A stretch of DNA of 64,000 nucleotides from Planctomycetota bacterium (lineage in GTDB: Bacteria > Planctomycetota > Phycisphaerae > WQYP01), in NCBI GenBank assembly GCA_021851715.1, contig JAJZCR010000002.1, positions 529 through 64,528 of the forward strand. Reading direction: 5' to 3'. Under the pieces are notes generated by a model. That model was not told the DNA's origin. It did no database searches and saw only the letters and a list, made by a program, of their open reading frames with translations. Both the position numbers and the translations under genes were made by a program. Shown here piece by piece: positions 6,983 through 17,036 of this stretch. Positions within the stretch are counted from its first letter, which is position 1. Each line of letters opens with the position of its first letter.

Positions 6983-9957
6983 AACTGCAATTTGACGCAA
7001 ATCAGCCTTATCAGCTTGCCGCCATCAGCGCCGTCACCGACCTGTTCGAGGGCCAGCCGCAGGGCGCGCCAGAGTTTTCGGTGATCCAGATGGGCGATTG
7101 GGGCGGTATGTTTGCCGGGCAGGATCGCACGGAACTTGGCGTCGGCAACCAGATATTGCTTTCTTCCGACAAACTCCTGGGCAACGTCCGCATCGTTCAG
7201 ACCCGCAATGACATCGACGTATCCGACCCCAAGACGCCGCTGGAGCAGTGGGAACTGTTTGACACCGCCGCGAATGCTGCCCGGACATGTCCGCATTTCT
7301 CCGTCGAAATGGAGACGGGAACGGGGAAGACCTATGTGTACCTTCGCACCGTGTTCGAGCTATCGCGGCGCTTTGGTTTTCAGAAATTCATCATCGTCGT
7401 GCCAAGTGTGGCCATCCGCGAAGGGGTACTTAAAAACATCGAGATTACCGCCGAGCACTTCCGGGCGATCTACAACAACCTGCCGTTTGAGCACTTCGTT
7501 TACGACGCCAAGAAGGTAAATCGGCTCCGCCAGTTCGCCATCAGCAACACCCTCCAGATTCTCATCATCAACATCGACGCCTTCCGCAAAAACTTCACCG
7601 GCACGGAGGCCGAGCAGAAAAGCAACGTCATTTATAAGGAGAGCGACAAACTTTCGGGCCGTCAGCCCATCGAGTTTGTCCAGGCAGCGCGGCCCATCGT
7701 CATCATCGACGAGCCGCAGAGCGTCGATTCGACCGACAAGGCCCAGGAGGCCATCCGGGCGCTGAATCCGCTTTGCACCCTGCGCTATTCGGCAACGCAC
7801 CGGAACCCGTACAACCTTGTTTACCGCCTTGATCCGGTGAAGGCATTTGAGCTTCGGCTGGTCAAGCAAATCGTCGTCGCCAGCGCCGCTGCCGATGGTG
7901 GGGCAAATGACGCCTTCGTACGCATCGAGAAGATCGACTACAAGCCGACGATCAAAGCCAAGGTGCGAATTCACACGCAGACGCCAGACGGCCCGAAGGA
8001 AAAATCGTTCACCGTCAAGAATAGCGCCGACCTGTACCAGCTATCCGGCGAACGCGCCGCGTACGAGAACGGTTACGTCATCGCCGAAATCAACGCCGAA
8101 CCCAGCAATGAATACGTCCGCTTCAACAACGGCAAGGTTCTTCGTTTGGGCGAGGAAAGCGGCGGGATGCGTGACGATGTGTGGCGGGCGCAGATCAAGC
8201 ACACCGTCAAGAAGCACCTGGAGAAGGAACTTCAGCTTCGCGGGCGCGGAGTGAAGGTGTTGAGCCTGTTTTTCATCGACCGCGTGGCGAACTACCGCGA
8301 CTACGATAACGCCGGGCAACCGGTGAAGGGGAAATTCGCCGAGGCGTTTGAAGCGGCACTGGCCGAGTTCGCGAAGGATGCACGCTACGGGCAACTGGAA
8401 TGGCTCAAGGTGCCGTTTGACCGTCTTCACAACGGCTATTTTGCATCCGACAAGAAAGGCGTGCTCAGGAATACACGCGGCGACACCCAGGCCGATGACG
8501 AGGTCTACAACCTTATCATGAGGGAAAAAGAGCGGCTGCTGTCCGAGGACGAGCCGCTGCGCTTCATTTTCAGCCACTCTGCGCTCCGCGAGGGGTGGGA
8601 TAATCCGAACGTGTTCCAGATTTGCACGCTCAACGAAACCCGCAGTGCCATGAAGAAGCGGCAGGAAATCGGGCGCGGGCTGCGCCTGCCCGTGGATCAG
8701 AATGGCAAGCGGGTGTTCGACGAATCCGTGAACAAACTGTTCGTCATGGCCAACGAGAGTTACGAGGACTTCGCCAAGGCGCTCCAGAGCGAATATGAGG
8801 AAGATTGCGGCGTGACCTTTGGCAAGGTGCCGCTTACGGCCATTGCTCGCATTTCGTGCGTCGTGGACGGCGTGGAGCAACCCATTGGCCGGGAAGCCGC
8901 CGAAGTTATCCGCACGGCACTGGTTCAACAGAAGATGCTGGATACGGAAGGCCGCATTCAACCCGTTTTCGATCCGAAGAAACCCGGATTCAAGATAGAC
9001 CTTCCCGAAGGGCAAAAAGAAGCGGCTCCGGCGGTGATCGACTTGCTGGCATCGTACCAGATTGAACGCCACATACGGAAGGACAAGGATGAAGGCGTAA
9101 ACCGGCTGAAAAAGGAAGTCCAACTCAGCCCTGAATTCATAGCCCTGTGGGAACGGGTCAAACCGAAGACGACCTATCGCGTGGAATTCGAGACGGACAC
9201 GCTGGTCCGGCGTGCCGTTGATGCGATCAAGCGGATGGAGAAAATCGAGAGGCCCAAGATTCGCGTCAGTGCCGGACAAATCGACGTAAAGCGCGGCGGC
9301 ATTGCCACGGCGGCGATCAGCGTGGCCGAAGAGCGTGTTTCTGTGGATTCCTACCCGGTGCCCGATGTATTGGCCTACTTGCAGAACGAAACGGAATTAA
9401 CCCGTTCAACTCTTGTCCGAATCCTGAAGGAGTCGGGCAGACTGGCTGAGTTCTTCACCGATCCACAGCGTTTCATGGACGCCGTTGCCAATATCCTGAA
9501 GCACGAGCTACACCGTCTGCTGGTAGACGGCATCAAATACGAGAAGATCGGCGGTGCCGGCCCAGGTTCCGAATGGGAAATGATGCTGTTCAAGAACGAG
9601 GAACTAATCAATTACCTCAATGCTTTGCAGGTAAACAACTCTGTTTATGAATATGTCGTTTATGATTCGGAGGTCGAGCGAGAATTTGCTAGGAAGTTGG
9701 ACACCCGTACCGACATAAAGCTCTTTGTAAAACTACCGGGTTGGTTTGAGATCGACACCCCGGTCGGCAAGTACAACCCGGATTGGGCCATCCTGAAATA
9801 CGACGGCCAGGCGATGTACTTGGTTCGGGAAACCAAGGGAACGAAAGATTTCCTCAAACTTCGCACGAGCGAAGCGGACAAGGTTCGTTGCGGCCAGAAG
9901 CATTTCGAGACACTTGGTGTGCCGTTCTCTGTTGTGGTCACTGCCGACGAGGTTTAG
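6979..9957 (+). CDS. res: Type III restriction enzyme, Res subunit (SF2 helicase plus C-terminal PD-(D/E)xK nuclease)
   Basis: Helicase motifs are METGTGKTYVY (motif I), VIIDEPQSVD (motif II) and SALREGWDNPNVFQI. The C-terminal nuclease-like region reads YNPDWAILKYDGQAMYLVRETKG. The GTG start at 6979 overlaps the RhuM stop (GTGA). Confidence 0.9.
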   Translation: MKLQFDANQPYQLAAISAVTDLFEGQPQGAPEFSVIQMGDWGGMFAGQDRTELGVGNQILLSSDKLLGNVRIVQTRNDIDVSDPKTPLEQWELFDTAANAARTCPHFSVEMETGTGKTYVYLRTVFELSRRFGFQKFIIVVPSVAIREGVLKNIEITAEHFRAIYNNLPFEHFVYDAKKVNRLRQFAISNTLQILIINIDAFRKNFTGTEAEQKSNVIYKESDKLSGRQPIEFVQAARPIVIIDEPQSVDSTDKAQEAIRALNPLCTLRYSATHRNPYNLVYRLDPVKAFELRLVKQIVVASAAADGGANDAFVRIEKIDYKPTIKAKVRIHTQTPDGPKEKSFTVKNSADLYQLSGERAAYENGYVIAEINAEPSNEYVRFNNGKVLRLGEESGGMRDDVWRAQIKHTVKKHLEKELQLRGRGVKVLSLFFIDRVANYRDYDNAGQPVKGKFAEAFEAALAEFAKDARYGQLEWLKVPFDRLHNGYFASDKKGVLRNTRGDTQADDEVYNLIMREKERLLSEDEPLRFIFSHSALREGWDNPNVFQICTLNETRSAMKKRQEIGRGLRLPVDQNGKRVFDESVNKLFVMANESYEDFAKALQSEYEEDCGVTFGKVPLTAIARISCVVDGVEQPIGREAAEVIRTALVQQKMLDTEGRIQPVFDPKKPGFKIDLPEGQKEAAPAVIDLLASYQIERHIRKDKDEGVNRLKKEVQLSPEFIALWERVKPKTTYRVEFETDTLVRRAVDAIKRMEKIERPKIRVSAGQIDVKRGGIATAAISVAEERVSVDSYPVPDVLAYLQNETELTRSTLVRILKESGRLAEFFTDPQRFMDAVANILKHELHRLLVDGIKYEKIGGAGPGSEWEMMLFKNEELINYLNALQVNNSVYEYVVYDSEVEREFARKLDTRTDIKLFVKLPGWFEIDTPVGKYNPDWAILKYDGQAMYLVRETKGTKDFLKLRTSEADKVRCGQKHFETLGVPFSVVVTADEV

Positions 9958-10421
9958 GGTCTATGACCGTCGGTGCGAAGCGGCATGGGATCTGTCCGGG
10001 ATGCCGCCGCAGGTCAGCCGCGTTTTAGCAGACTCATCAGTTCCAAGCTGAAGCCCTTGATTCCATCGCAAAAACGCCGAAAAAGTTCAATAGCCGTCTT
10101 GTTGTCCCGATTTTGGCTGCAGGCCAAAATAGAGCAGGAGAAGTTGGAGCAGGAGATCAGGAGAGCACATAAGGATGAGACGAAAGAACGGCTGTCGCCG
10201 GAGTGGTGGGGAAGCCCAATCATTCCCCGCTCCGCCTATTCCCACTTCCCACGTGAGCAGGCCGGGGCGGGTCGTGAATTGATTTTCTTGGACTTTAACC
10301 GTAATCTATGGATGGAATCGTACCAGCCAACCGATGGATGTGATGGAATCACTCCACGGCGTGATGATCCCTGCCGGGGAACGTCAATGGATTCCGAATT
10401 CGCATGGATGGCGGATGGCGC

Positions 10422-10715
10422 ATGTTAAAACTTCTCGTGAGTCTGGTAAGCCTTTTCCTGGTCGCGGCCCTGGTTTTAGCCCTGCGACAGCAGCGCATGG
10501 ATTTGACCAGTCAAAGCGCCAAACTGTTTATCAGGATCAATCAGCGGCGACATCTGTTGTGGGGTCAGCAGATAAAAATTTCGACCGCGACCAATCCCAT
10601 CGCCATCTCCCGGACATTAAAAGCCCGCGCCGCAGCGGAAGCGGCCCAGCGGGCCGCTGCGACCATGCCCGCGCTGATTGCGGTTCCGGTCCAAGGGACT
10701 GCCGGTGGCAACTAG
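10422..10715 (+). CDS. Small bitopic membrane protein, FtsL-like by position
   Basis: It has an N-terminal TM helix (MLKLLVSLVSLFLVAALVLAL) followed by a polar or coiled segment. It lies directly upstream of ftsI in a dcw context. The start was moved to ATG 10422 within track ORF 10404-10715. No sequence motif supports the call. Confidence 0.4.
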   Translation: MLKLLVSLVSLFLVAALVLALRQQRMDLTSQSAKLFIRINQRRHLLWGQQIKISTATNPIAISRTLKARAAAEAAQRAAATMPALIAVPVQGTAGGN

Positions 10716-10831
10716 CAGTGGTCGCAAATGTTGCCGGCAAGCTAAGCCGGCAGCGAGCGGGGGCAATGATGGTTGGGAGCGGTTGGCCAAAATCGCCCGC
10801 AGGCATGGAAGCCGGAGGTTAGTGGACTACA

Positions 10832-12748
10832 ATGCATAGATTCCGCAAAACGGAATGGCTGTCGAGCTTGGTGCTGCTGGGCAGCATGCTGGTCTTTTCG
10901 GCGCTTTTGGTGCGGGTGGGTTGGCTGCAGACGCATTCCACCCGGGGCACCATGCGCGAGCTGCGCAGTGAGCACACCATCGTCACGCATCTGATGGCTC
11001 GCCGGGCATCCATTTATACCAGCGATTCCACCCTGATTGCCGGCAGCGTGCGGGTTTACAGTTTTTATGCGGATCCGGGTTATATTTTTGATCCCAAAGG
11101 AACGCTCAATGCCTTGCCGCCAAACGAAGCACCAAAGGCGGAAAAAGTGATGGCCCGGGCCATTGCTCCGCTGCTGGGGCAGAGTGCATCGCAACTTACG
11201 GCCATGCTGCGGGCGCATCTTTATTATCCCAACGGGCAGTTGCGGCGGTTTTTGTGGCTGAAACGCGGTGTAAAACAGGATTTTTACCGGCGGATTGAGG
11301 CGGTGCATCATCAGATGGAGCGTCGCGCAGCAAAAGCACTGCGGCACCACCATCCGAACCTGGCGGATATTGACTATCATGCCTTGGATGGGATTGGTTT
11401 TAAGCGCTCCACGCGGCGGATTTATCCGCTGGGTTCATTTGCCGGCCAGGTGATTGGCTTTGCCAATTCCAATCGTGGATTGCAGGGATTGGAAGGCCAG
11501 TTGAATTCCCTGCTGGTCGGGCGCAACGGCCGGGTGGTGTATGCCAAAGCGGCCACGGAACGGGCCTTGTGGATTGAAAAACGCGGCTACAAACCGCCCA
11601 GCGACGGCATGAAGGTTTGGCTGACACTCAACACCACCATGCAAGGCGTTGCCGAGAGGGCGTTGGATAAAGCCTGCAAATTCTTCAAAGCCCACAGCGG
11701 TGTGGCGGTGCTGATGAATCCGTTCAATGGCGACATTTTGGCCATGGCCAATTATCCGCCGCTGAATCCAAATCAATATCAGGCCACCCCGGAAAAATTC
11801 TGGCGGAATCGGGCGGTAACCGATCCGTATGAACCGGGATCCTGCTTTAAGCCGTTTAACGTGGGTTGGGCTTTGCAACATCACATTATTACGTTGCAAA
11901 CGGTGTTCAATTGCCATTACGGCCGCTGGCGTGATCCGACTGGCCGGTTGATTAAAGATGTGGATGGCCATGGCTTTTTAACGGTGGAAAATATTCTGGT
12001 ATATTCCAGCAATATCGGCATGACGCACGTAGGGTGGAAAATGGGCATTCCGCGCCTGTATGCCGGGGTGCATGCCTTTGGCTTCGGGCAGATGACCGGC
12101 AGTATTTTGCCCGGCGAGTCTCCGGGCATGGTTCGGCCGGAAGACCGGTGGACCAAGGGCACCGAAACCTCCGCCAGCTTCGGCTACGGGGTGGGTGTAA
12201 CCACCTTGCAATTAGCCCGGGCGTTTTGCGTGTTTGCCAACGGGGGCTATTTGCCCACCCCGCAGATTATCAAGGCGGTGGAAGTGAAGTCCGGGGACAT
12301 CCAGTCCTGGACACAGATTGCCGGCCCGCAGCCGATGAAAAAAGTACTTTCCCGCCATGTTTGCCGGGAGATGATTGGGGCGATGGAACAGGTGATGGAG
12401 CGCGGCACCGGCCAATATAGCCTCTCGAATGTTTATCAACTGTACGGAAAAACCGGTACGGCCAATCTGGCCATCGCCGGCCAGGATGGCTACCACAAGC
12501 ATGCCTACAATGCCACGTTTGTGGAAGGCGGACCGGCACCCAGGCCCCGGCTGATTTGCGTGGTCAGTGTGAATCAGCCGGACCCCAAGCTCGGGCATTA
12601 CGGCGGCACGGTGGCGGGACCGGAATGTACCAAGATCATGGTCAAAGCGCTGCAATATCTGCAGGTGCCTCCGGATCAGAGTCCGGCGACGGATCCCTGG
12701 TGGGGCAAGGAAAAACAGTTGTGGACCCAAAGCGGCTTGAGCCATTGA
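10832..12748 (+). CDS. ftsI: Peptidoglycan D,D-transpeptidase (class B penicillin-binding protein, FtsI/PBP3-type)
   Basis: It carries SxxK (SCFK), SxN (YSSNIG) and KTG (GKTGTA) motifs and an N-terminal membrane anchor. It sits before murE. Confidence 0.85.
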   Translation: MHRFRKTEWLSSLVLLGSMLVFSALLVRVGWLQTHSTRGTMRELRSEHTIVTHLMARRASIYTSDSTLIAGSVRVYSFYADPGYIFDPKGTLNALPPNEAPKAEKVMARAIAPLLGQSASQLTAMLRAHLYYPNGQLRRFLWLKRGVKQDFYRRIEAVHHQMERRAAKALRHHHPNLADIDYHALDGIGFKRSTRRIYPLGSFAGQVIGFANSNRGLQGLEGQLNSLLVGRNGRVVYAKAATERALWIEKRGYKPPSDGMKVWLTLNTTMQGVAERALDKACKFFKAHSGVAVLMNPFNGDILAMANYPPLNPNQYQATPEKFWRNRAVTDPYEPGSCFKPFNVGWALQHHIITLQTVFNCHYGRWRDPTGRLIKDVDGHGFLTVENILVYSSNIGMTHVGWKMGIPRLYAGVHAFGFGQMTGSILPGESPGMVRPEDRWTKGTETSASFGYGVGVTTLQLARAFCVFANGGYLPTPQIIKAVEVKSGDIQSWTQIAGPQPMKKVLSRHVCREMIGAMEQVMERGTGQYSLSNVYQLYGKTGTANLAIAGQDGYHKHAYNATFVEGGPAPRPRLICVVSVNQPDPKLGHYGGTVAGPECTKIMVKALQYLQVPPDQSPATDPWWGKEKQLWTQSGLSH

Positions 12749-12809
12749 TGCGGTTCGGCGGACCTGTGAAACCGGGTTAAGATGATCCGTCGGATGGGGC
12801 GCAGTTGAT

Positions 12810-14327
12810 ATGAAACTAAGTGTACTATTGACAGATGTAACGCTGCCGCCGGCGCGGCTGATCAAGTCCGCAGTTGATCCGGAAATCAACCGCGTGGTGG
12901 AAGATTCGCGCCAGGTTCGCCCGGGCGATCTTTTTGTGGCCCGCAGCGGTACGCGGCATCGCGGCGAAAGTTTTATCCAGGAGGCGCTGGACCGGGGTGC
13001 GGCGGCGGTGTTGTTGGCCGACCAGCCAACCTCCAGGGCGCAGCTTGAAGAACGGGATGTGTCGGCGGAAGAATTGCTGGCCCGCCTGGCCCATCGACTG
13101 CGTAGCGAACCGGCGCGTGGGTTGACTATTTTTGCCGTCACTGGAACCAATGGCAAAACCACCATCAGCTACCTGGTGCGGGCGATCTGCAAGGCCGCCG
13201 GCCAGCGCTGCGGGTTAATCAGCACGGTGGAAATTGACGATGGTGCTCAGGTGCGGGAAAGCGTGATGACCACACCTGGACCGGTGGAACTGGCCGATCT
13301 TTTGGCGCAAATGAAAAGCAACGGCGTTCGCTTTGTGTCGATGGAAGCCAGCAGCCATGCCCTTGATCAGGGCCGGATGGCGGGCTTGCCGGTGGCGGCC
13401 GCCATGTTCAGCAATCTCACCGGCGATCATCTGGATTATCACGGAACCATGGAGAATTACGCCGCCGCCAAAGCCCGGCTTTTTGCTTCGTTGTCCGCCG
13501 GGTCATCGGCCATCATCAACGCCGATGATCCATGGTCGGCGCGCATGGTGCAGGGTACCGCAGCCCGGGTGATTCGTTACGGCCTGGAGAATCCCGCCGA
13601 TTTTAAGGCGGATATTTTACGCATGGACGCCCTGGGCATGACTCTGCGTATCACCCATCCCGGTGGCGTGCCATGGACCATCACCACGGAATTGGTGGGA
13701 CGGCATAATGCCCAGAATATCCTGTGTGCCGCAGCGGCATGCGCAAGTCAAGGCATAGCGGCCCCGGCGATTCAGCTTGGCATCGAGCAAATGCGCGCGG
13801 TGCCGGGCCGCCTGGAGGCGGTGCTGGTGGAGGGTAAGCGCCGCAATGAACAGCCCTTTCAAGTGCTGGTGGATTACGCCCATACGCACGACGCGTTGGA
13901 AAATGTACTGCGGGCCGTTCGCCCCTGGACCACGGGGCGTGTCATTTGCGTATTTGGCTGCGGTGGAGACCGTGATGCCACCAAGCGGCCGAAAATGGCG
14001 GCAGTGGCCCAGCGCCTGGCGGATCATGTCATTATCACCAACGATAATCCGCGAACCGAGGATCCCCAGAGCATTATCACCATGATTTTGGCCGGATTTT
14101 CGCCGGAAGCGCGGGCGGCCGTGCACGTCTGCCCGGATCGGCGGGCCGCCATTCAAGCGGCCGTACAGGAAGCCCACCCGGGCGATGTGGTGCTGATTGC
14201 CGGCAAGGGCCATGAACGTTATCAAATTCTTGGCACTATCAAGCACCCGTTTGATGATGTTGCGGTGGCCCGGGCGGCGCTGGCTGATCGCCGGGCGGTG
14301 GTGGCAGGTGGGGGGGAGGCCACATGA
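12810..14327 (+). CDS. murE: UDP-N-acetylmuramoyl-L-alanyl-D-glutamate--2,6-diaminopimelate ligase
   Basis: The P-loop is VTGTNGKTT, and the DAP-specific DNPR motif is present (ITNDNPRTEDP). Gene order fits the dcw cluster. Confidence 0.95.
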   Translation: MKLSVLLTDVTLPPARLIKSAVDPEINRVVEDSRQVRPGDLFVARSGTRHRGESFIQEALDRGAAAVLLADQPTSRAQLEERDVSAEELLARLAHRLRSEPARGLTIFAVTGTNGKTTISYLVRAICKAAGQRCGLISTVEIDDGAQVRESVMTTPGPVELADLLAQMKSNGVRFVSMEASSHALDQGRMAGLPVAAAMFSNLTGDHLDYHGTMENYAAAKARLFASLSAGSSAIINADDPWSARMVQGTAARVIRYGLENPADFKADILRMDALGMTLRITHPGGVPWTITTELVGRHNAQNILCAAAACASQGIAAPAIQLGIEQMRAVPGRLEAVLVEGKRRNEQPFQVLVDYAHTHDALENVLRAVRPWTTGRVICVFGCGGDRDATKRPKMAAVAQRLADHVIITNDNPRTEDPQSIITMILAGFSPEARAAVHVCPDRRAAIQAAVQEAHPGDVVLIAGKGHERYQILGTIKHPFDDVAVARAALADRRAVVAGGGEAT

Positions 14328-15805
14328 AACCATGGGCGTTTGATCAAATACGCCGCGTGACGCTGAGCCGGTGGCTGAATAAATCGCAGCGCAATTTCAG
14401 TGGGCGCGTGGTGCACGACCATCGCAATGTGGCCGAGGGTGATTTGTTTGTGGCCATTCGCGGGGCGCGTTTTGACGGGCACACCTTTATAGCCCGGTCC
14501 GTTGCCGCCGGTGCCGCGGCGGTGCTGGTGGATACTCCGCCTGACAGCGACGCGATGCGTGTGGCCGTGGAAGCGGGTACGGCGGTGTTGCAGTGCGACC
14601 AGACCGTGCGCGGACTCAACCGGCTGGCGGCCGGCTACCGCCAGGAAATCCGGGCCAAGGTTATCGCCGTCGGAGGATCGAACGGCAAGACGACCACCAA
14701 GCGCCTGATCGACACCGTGCTGGCGGCAAAACTTTCCGGCCACGCCAGCCCCAAAAGCTTTAACAACAACATCGGTCTGCCGCTGACGCTTCTGCAGGTG
14801 GAGCCGCAGCACGAATATGTCGTCCTGGAAGTGGGCACCAATGCGCCCGGCGAGGTGGCGGCCCTGGGCCAGGTGGCCGCACCGGATATCGCCGTGATCA
14901 CCAGTGTAGGGTTGGAACACCTGGAACATCTGGGCGATTTAAAATCCATTGCCGCTGAAGAAGCCTCGCTGGTGCGTTTTGTGCGCGATGGCGGCATGCT
15001 GTTTTTCCCCAATGACGCTCCGGAGTTGACCGAGGCGCTTAAGCTTTCCACTTTGGCCCGGGTGACGGTGGGCGTAGCGGGTTCCGGGGCCGACCTGGAG
15101 GCTGTCGATGTGGCAGAATCAATCCATGGCCTGACTTTCAAGCTCAATGGACGGCTGGCCATGCACGTGCCACTGGTTGGCCGGCATAATGTCATGAATA
15201 TATTGCTGGCGATCGGCGTGGCCCGGCGCATGGGCCTGGCGGATGAACAAATTGTGCAGGGTCTAACGCAATGCCGGCCGGCACCCATGCGCATGGAGCC
15301 GCTGCGGATCAACGGGCACTTTGTTCTCAACGATGCGTATAACGCCAATCCGACCAGCATGGCCGGTGCATTGGAAACTTTCGGGCGGATCGACCTGACC
15401 GACACGGTGCATAAGGGTGGCCGTACACCACGGGGGGCATCACGTCGCAGCACAAAACCGGTGCGGCGGGTGGCCATTCTGGCGGACATGCTGGAACTGG
15501 GCCAGGCCGGGCCGGCAATGCATGAATGGATCGGATCGCTGGTGGCGGAGAACCGTATGGACTTGCTGATAGCGGTGGGGCCGCAGATGCAGGCGGCGGC
15601 GGCACGGGCCCGGCAGCACGGCGTGCCGACGGAATATTTTGCCAGCACCGCGGATGCTGTGCGGGGCGTGCCGCCGTTGTTGCACCGGCATGACGCCATA
15701 TTGCTCAAAGGATCGCGTGGAATGCACCTGGAGGAAGTTCTTGAGGCCGTCAAAATTGCGGAGGGGATTGCTTCGGCAGCCACCCCGGCGGGTGGGTTGG
15801 ATTAA
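14324..15805 (+). CDS. murF: UDP-N-acetylmuramoyl-tripeptide--D-alanyl-D-alanine ligase
   Basis: The P-loop is GGSNGKTTTK. There is an ATGA overlap with the murE stop. Gene order fits the dcw cluster. Confidence 0.9.
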   Translation: MKPWAFDQIRRVTLSRWLNKSQRNFSGRVVHDHRNVAEGDLFVAIRGARFDGHTFIARSVAAGAAAVLVDTPPDSDAMRVAVEAGTAVLQCDQTVRGLNRLAAGYRQEIRAKVIAVGGSNGKTTTKRLIDTVLAAKLSGHASPKSFNNNIGLPLTLLQVEPQHEYVVLEVGTNAPGEVAALGQVAAPDIAVITSVGLEHLEHLGDLKSIAAEEASLVRFVRDGGMLFFPNDAPELTEALKLSTLARVTVGVAGSGADLEAVDVAESIHGLTFKLNGRLAMHVPLVGRHNVMNILLAIGVARRMGLADEQIVQGLTQCRPAPMRMEPLRINGHFVLNDAYNANPTSMAGALETFGRIDLTDTVHKGGRTPRGASRRSTKPVRRVAILADMLELGQAGPAMHEWIGSLVAENRMDLLIAVGPQMQAAAARARQHGVPTEYFASTADAVRGVPPLLHRHDAILLKGSRGMHLEEVLEAVKIAEGIASAATPAGGLD

Positions 15806-15844
15806 CAGAGCTCGGATTGGCCGGGACATCGCGGGGATATTGAT

Positions 15845-16960
15845 ATGCTGTACTGGCTGTATGTTTTCATGGCGGGGCACGGATGGGTATCGCAGAACTT
15901 TTCGCTGCAGGAAGTGATATTTCGTTCCGCGCTGGCGGTTATCATCAGCTTTATCATGGTGCTGGCGATGGGCAAGCCGGTCATTGCCCGCCTCAAAAAA
16001 TTCAAGCTTGGCGACAAGCCGGAATTTCATAACGATTCGCTCAACGCCATGAATGTGGGCAAGGCGGATACGCCGACCATGGGCGGCGTGATGATTATTG
16101 CGGCGATTTTTCTCACCACCCTGCTCTGCGCCAGAATGGATAATTTTTATGTGCAGATGGCGCTGATGTGCCTGATCTACCTGGGGGGGCTGGGGGCCAT
16201 TGATGATTGGCTGAAGCTCACCGAAAAACAGCGCGCGGAAGGAAGCCGCGATGGTTTGATGTGGTGGGAAAAACTGGTGTTTCAGGTGGGGCTGGGCGTC
16301 ATTTTGGCGGTGTTTATCTACCACCACGGCGGCTATGCTCAGGCCCATTATCTTAACTGGCCCCTGCTGCCACGTGACTGGGTGTTGCCCACCGGCGTGT
16401 TTGCGGTGCTGGCCGTGGTGGTAATCGCCGGCAGCAGCAACGCCGTCAATCTGACCGATGGCATGGATGGCCTGGCCGCCGGCTGCATGACCATTGTCAG
16501 CTTCGCCTTCATGATTCTCGCCTACGTAACCGGCGATGCCCGCTGGGCTGCGAATCTGCACTTCAACCACATCCGTCTTTCGGGGGAACTCGCAGTGGTG
16601 TGCGGATCCATGGCCGGGGCATGCCTGGGCTTTTTGTGGTTCAATTGCAACCCCGCGCAGGTGTTCATGGGCGATACCGGTTCCCTGGCGCTGGGCGGAA
16701 CGATCGGCTACGTGGCCATTGTCATCCGGCAGGAGCCGATGCTGCTGCTGGTGGGGGCCATCTTTGTCATCGAAGCAGGCAGTGTGCTCATCCAGGTGGG
16801 CTATTTTAAATTAAGTCGCGGCAAGCGCGTGTTTTTATGCAGCCCGATTCATCATCATTTCCACTTGAAAGGCTGGAGCGAACAGCAGGTGGTTATCCGC
16901 TTCTGGCTGATTACCGGCCTTTCCGCGGCACTGGCTCTGGCCACCGTAAAAATCAGGTGA
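15845..16960 (+). CDS. mraY: Phospho-N-acetylmuramoyl-pentapeptide transferase
   Basis: It is a polytopic membrane protein with the NAVNLTDGMDGLAAG motif and follows murF. Confidence 0.95.
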   Translation: MLYWLYVFMAGHGWVSQNFSLQEVIFRSALAVIISFIMVLAMGKPVIARLKKFKLGDKPEFHNDSLNAMNVGKADTPTMGGVMIIAAIFLTTLLCARMDNFYVQMALMCLIYLGGLGAIDDWLKLTEKQRAEGSRDGLMWWEKLVFQVGLGVILAVFIYHHGGYAQAHYLNWPLLPRDWVLPTGVFAVLAVVVIAGSSNAVNLTDGMDGLAAGCMTIVSFAFMILAYVTGDARWAANLHFNHIRLSGELAVVCGSMAGACLGFLWFNCNPAQVFMGDTGSLALGGTIGYVAIVIRQEPMLLLVGAIFVIEAGSVLIQVGYFKLSRGKRVFLCSPIHHHFHLKGWSEQQVVIRFWLITGLSAALALATVKIR

Positions 16961-17036
16961 CGGCGGCGGTTGTCGAGGCCCCGTTGATGTGCTTTGCGCA
17001 GCGCATTTCAGCGTGCCGGCAAGCCCCGGTGTTCTG

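Noticed and set aside
6080-7000. Long antisense ORFs opposite confidently assigned genes. Examples are 6080-7000 (306 aa), 8041-9279 (412 aa), 14635-15783 (382 aa), 15440-16570 (376 aa), 16989-18014 (341 aa), 35488-36174 (228 aa) and 43938-44684 (248 aa).
   Set aside because: They lie fully inside genes with clear catalytic motifs on the other strand. Their products are Arg/Gly/Pro/His-rich low-complexity sequences with no motifs. This is the usual mirror-ORF artefact of GC-rich coding DNA.
9973-10428. A 151-aa ORF (and the antisense 69-aa ORF 10014-10223) between res and the FtsL-like gene.
   Set aside because: It has no motif, no convincing RBS and mixed composition, and the two ORFs overlap each other. 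It could be a decayed gene or an island boundary. I could not support it as a gene, and it is discussed as a finding instead.
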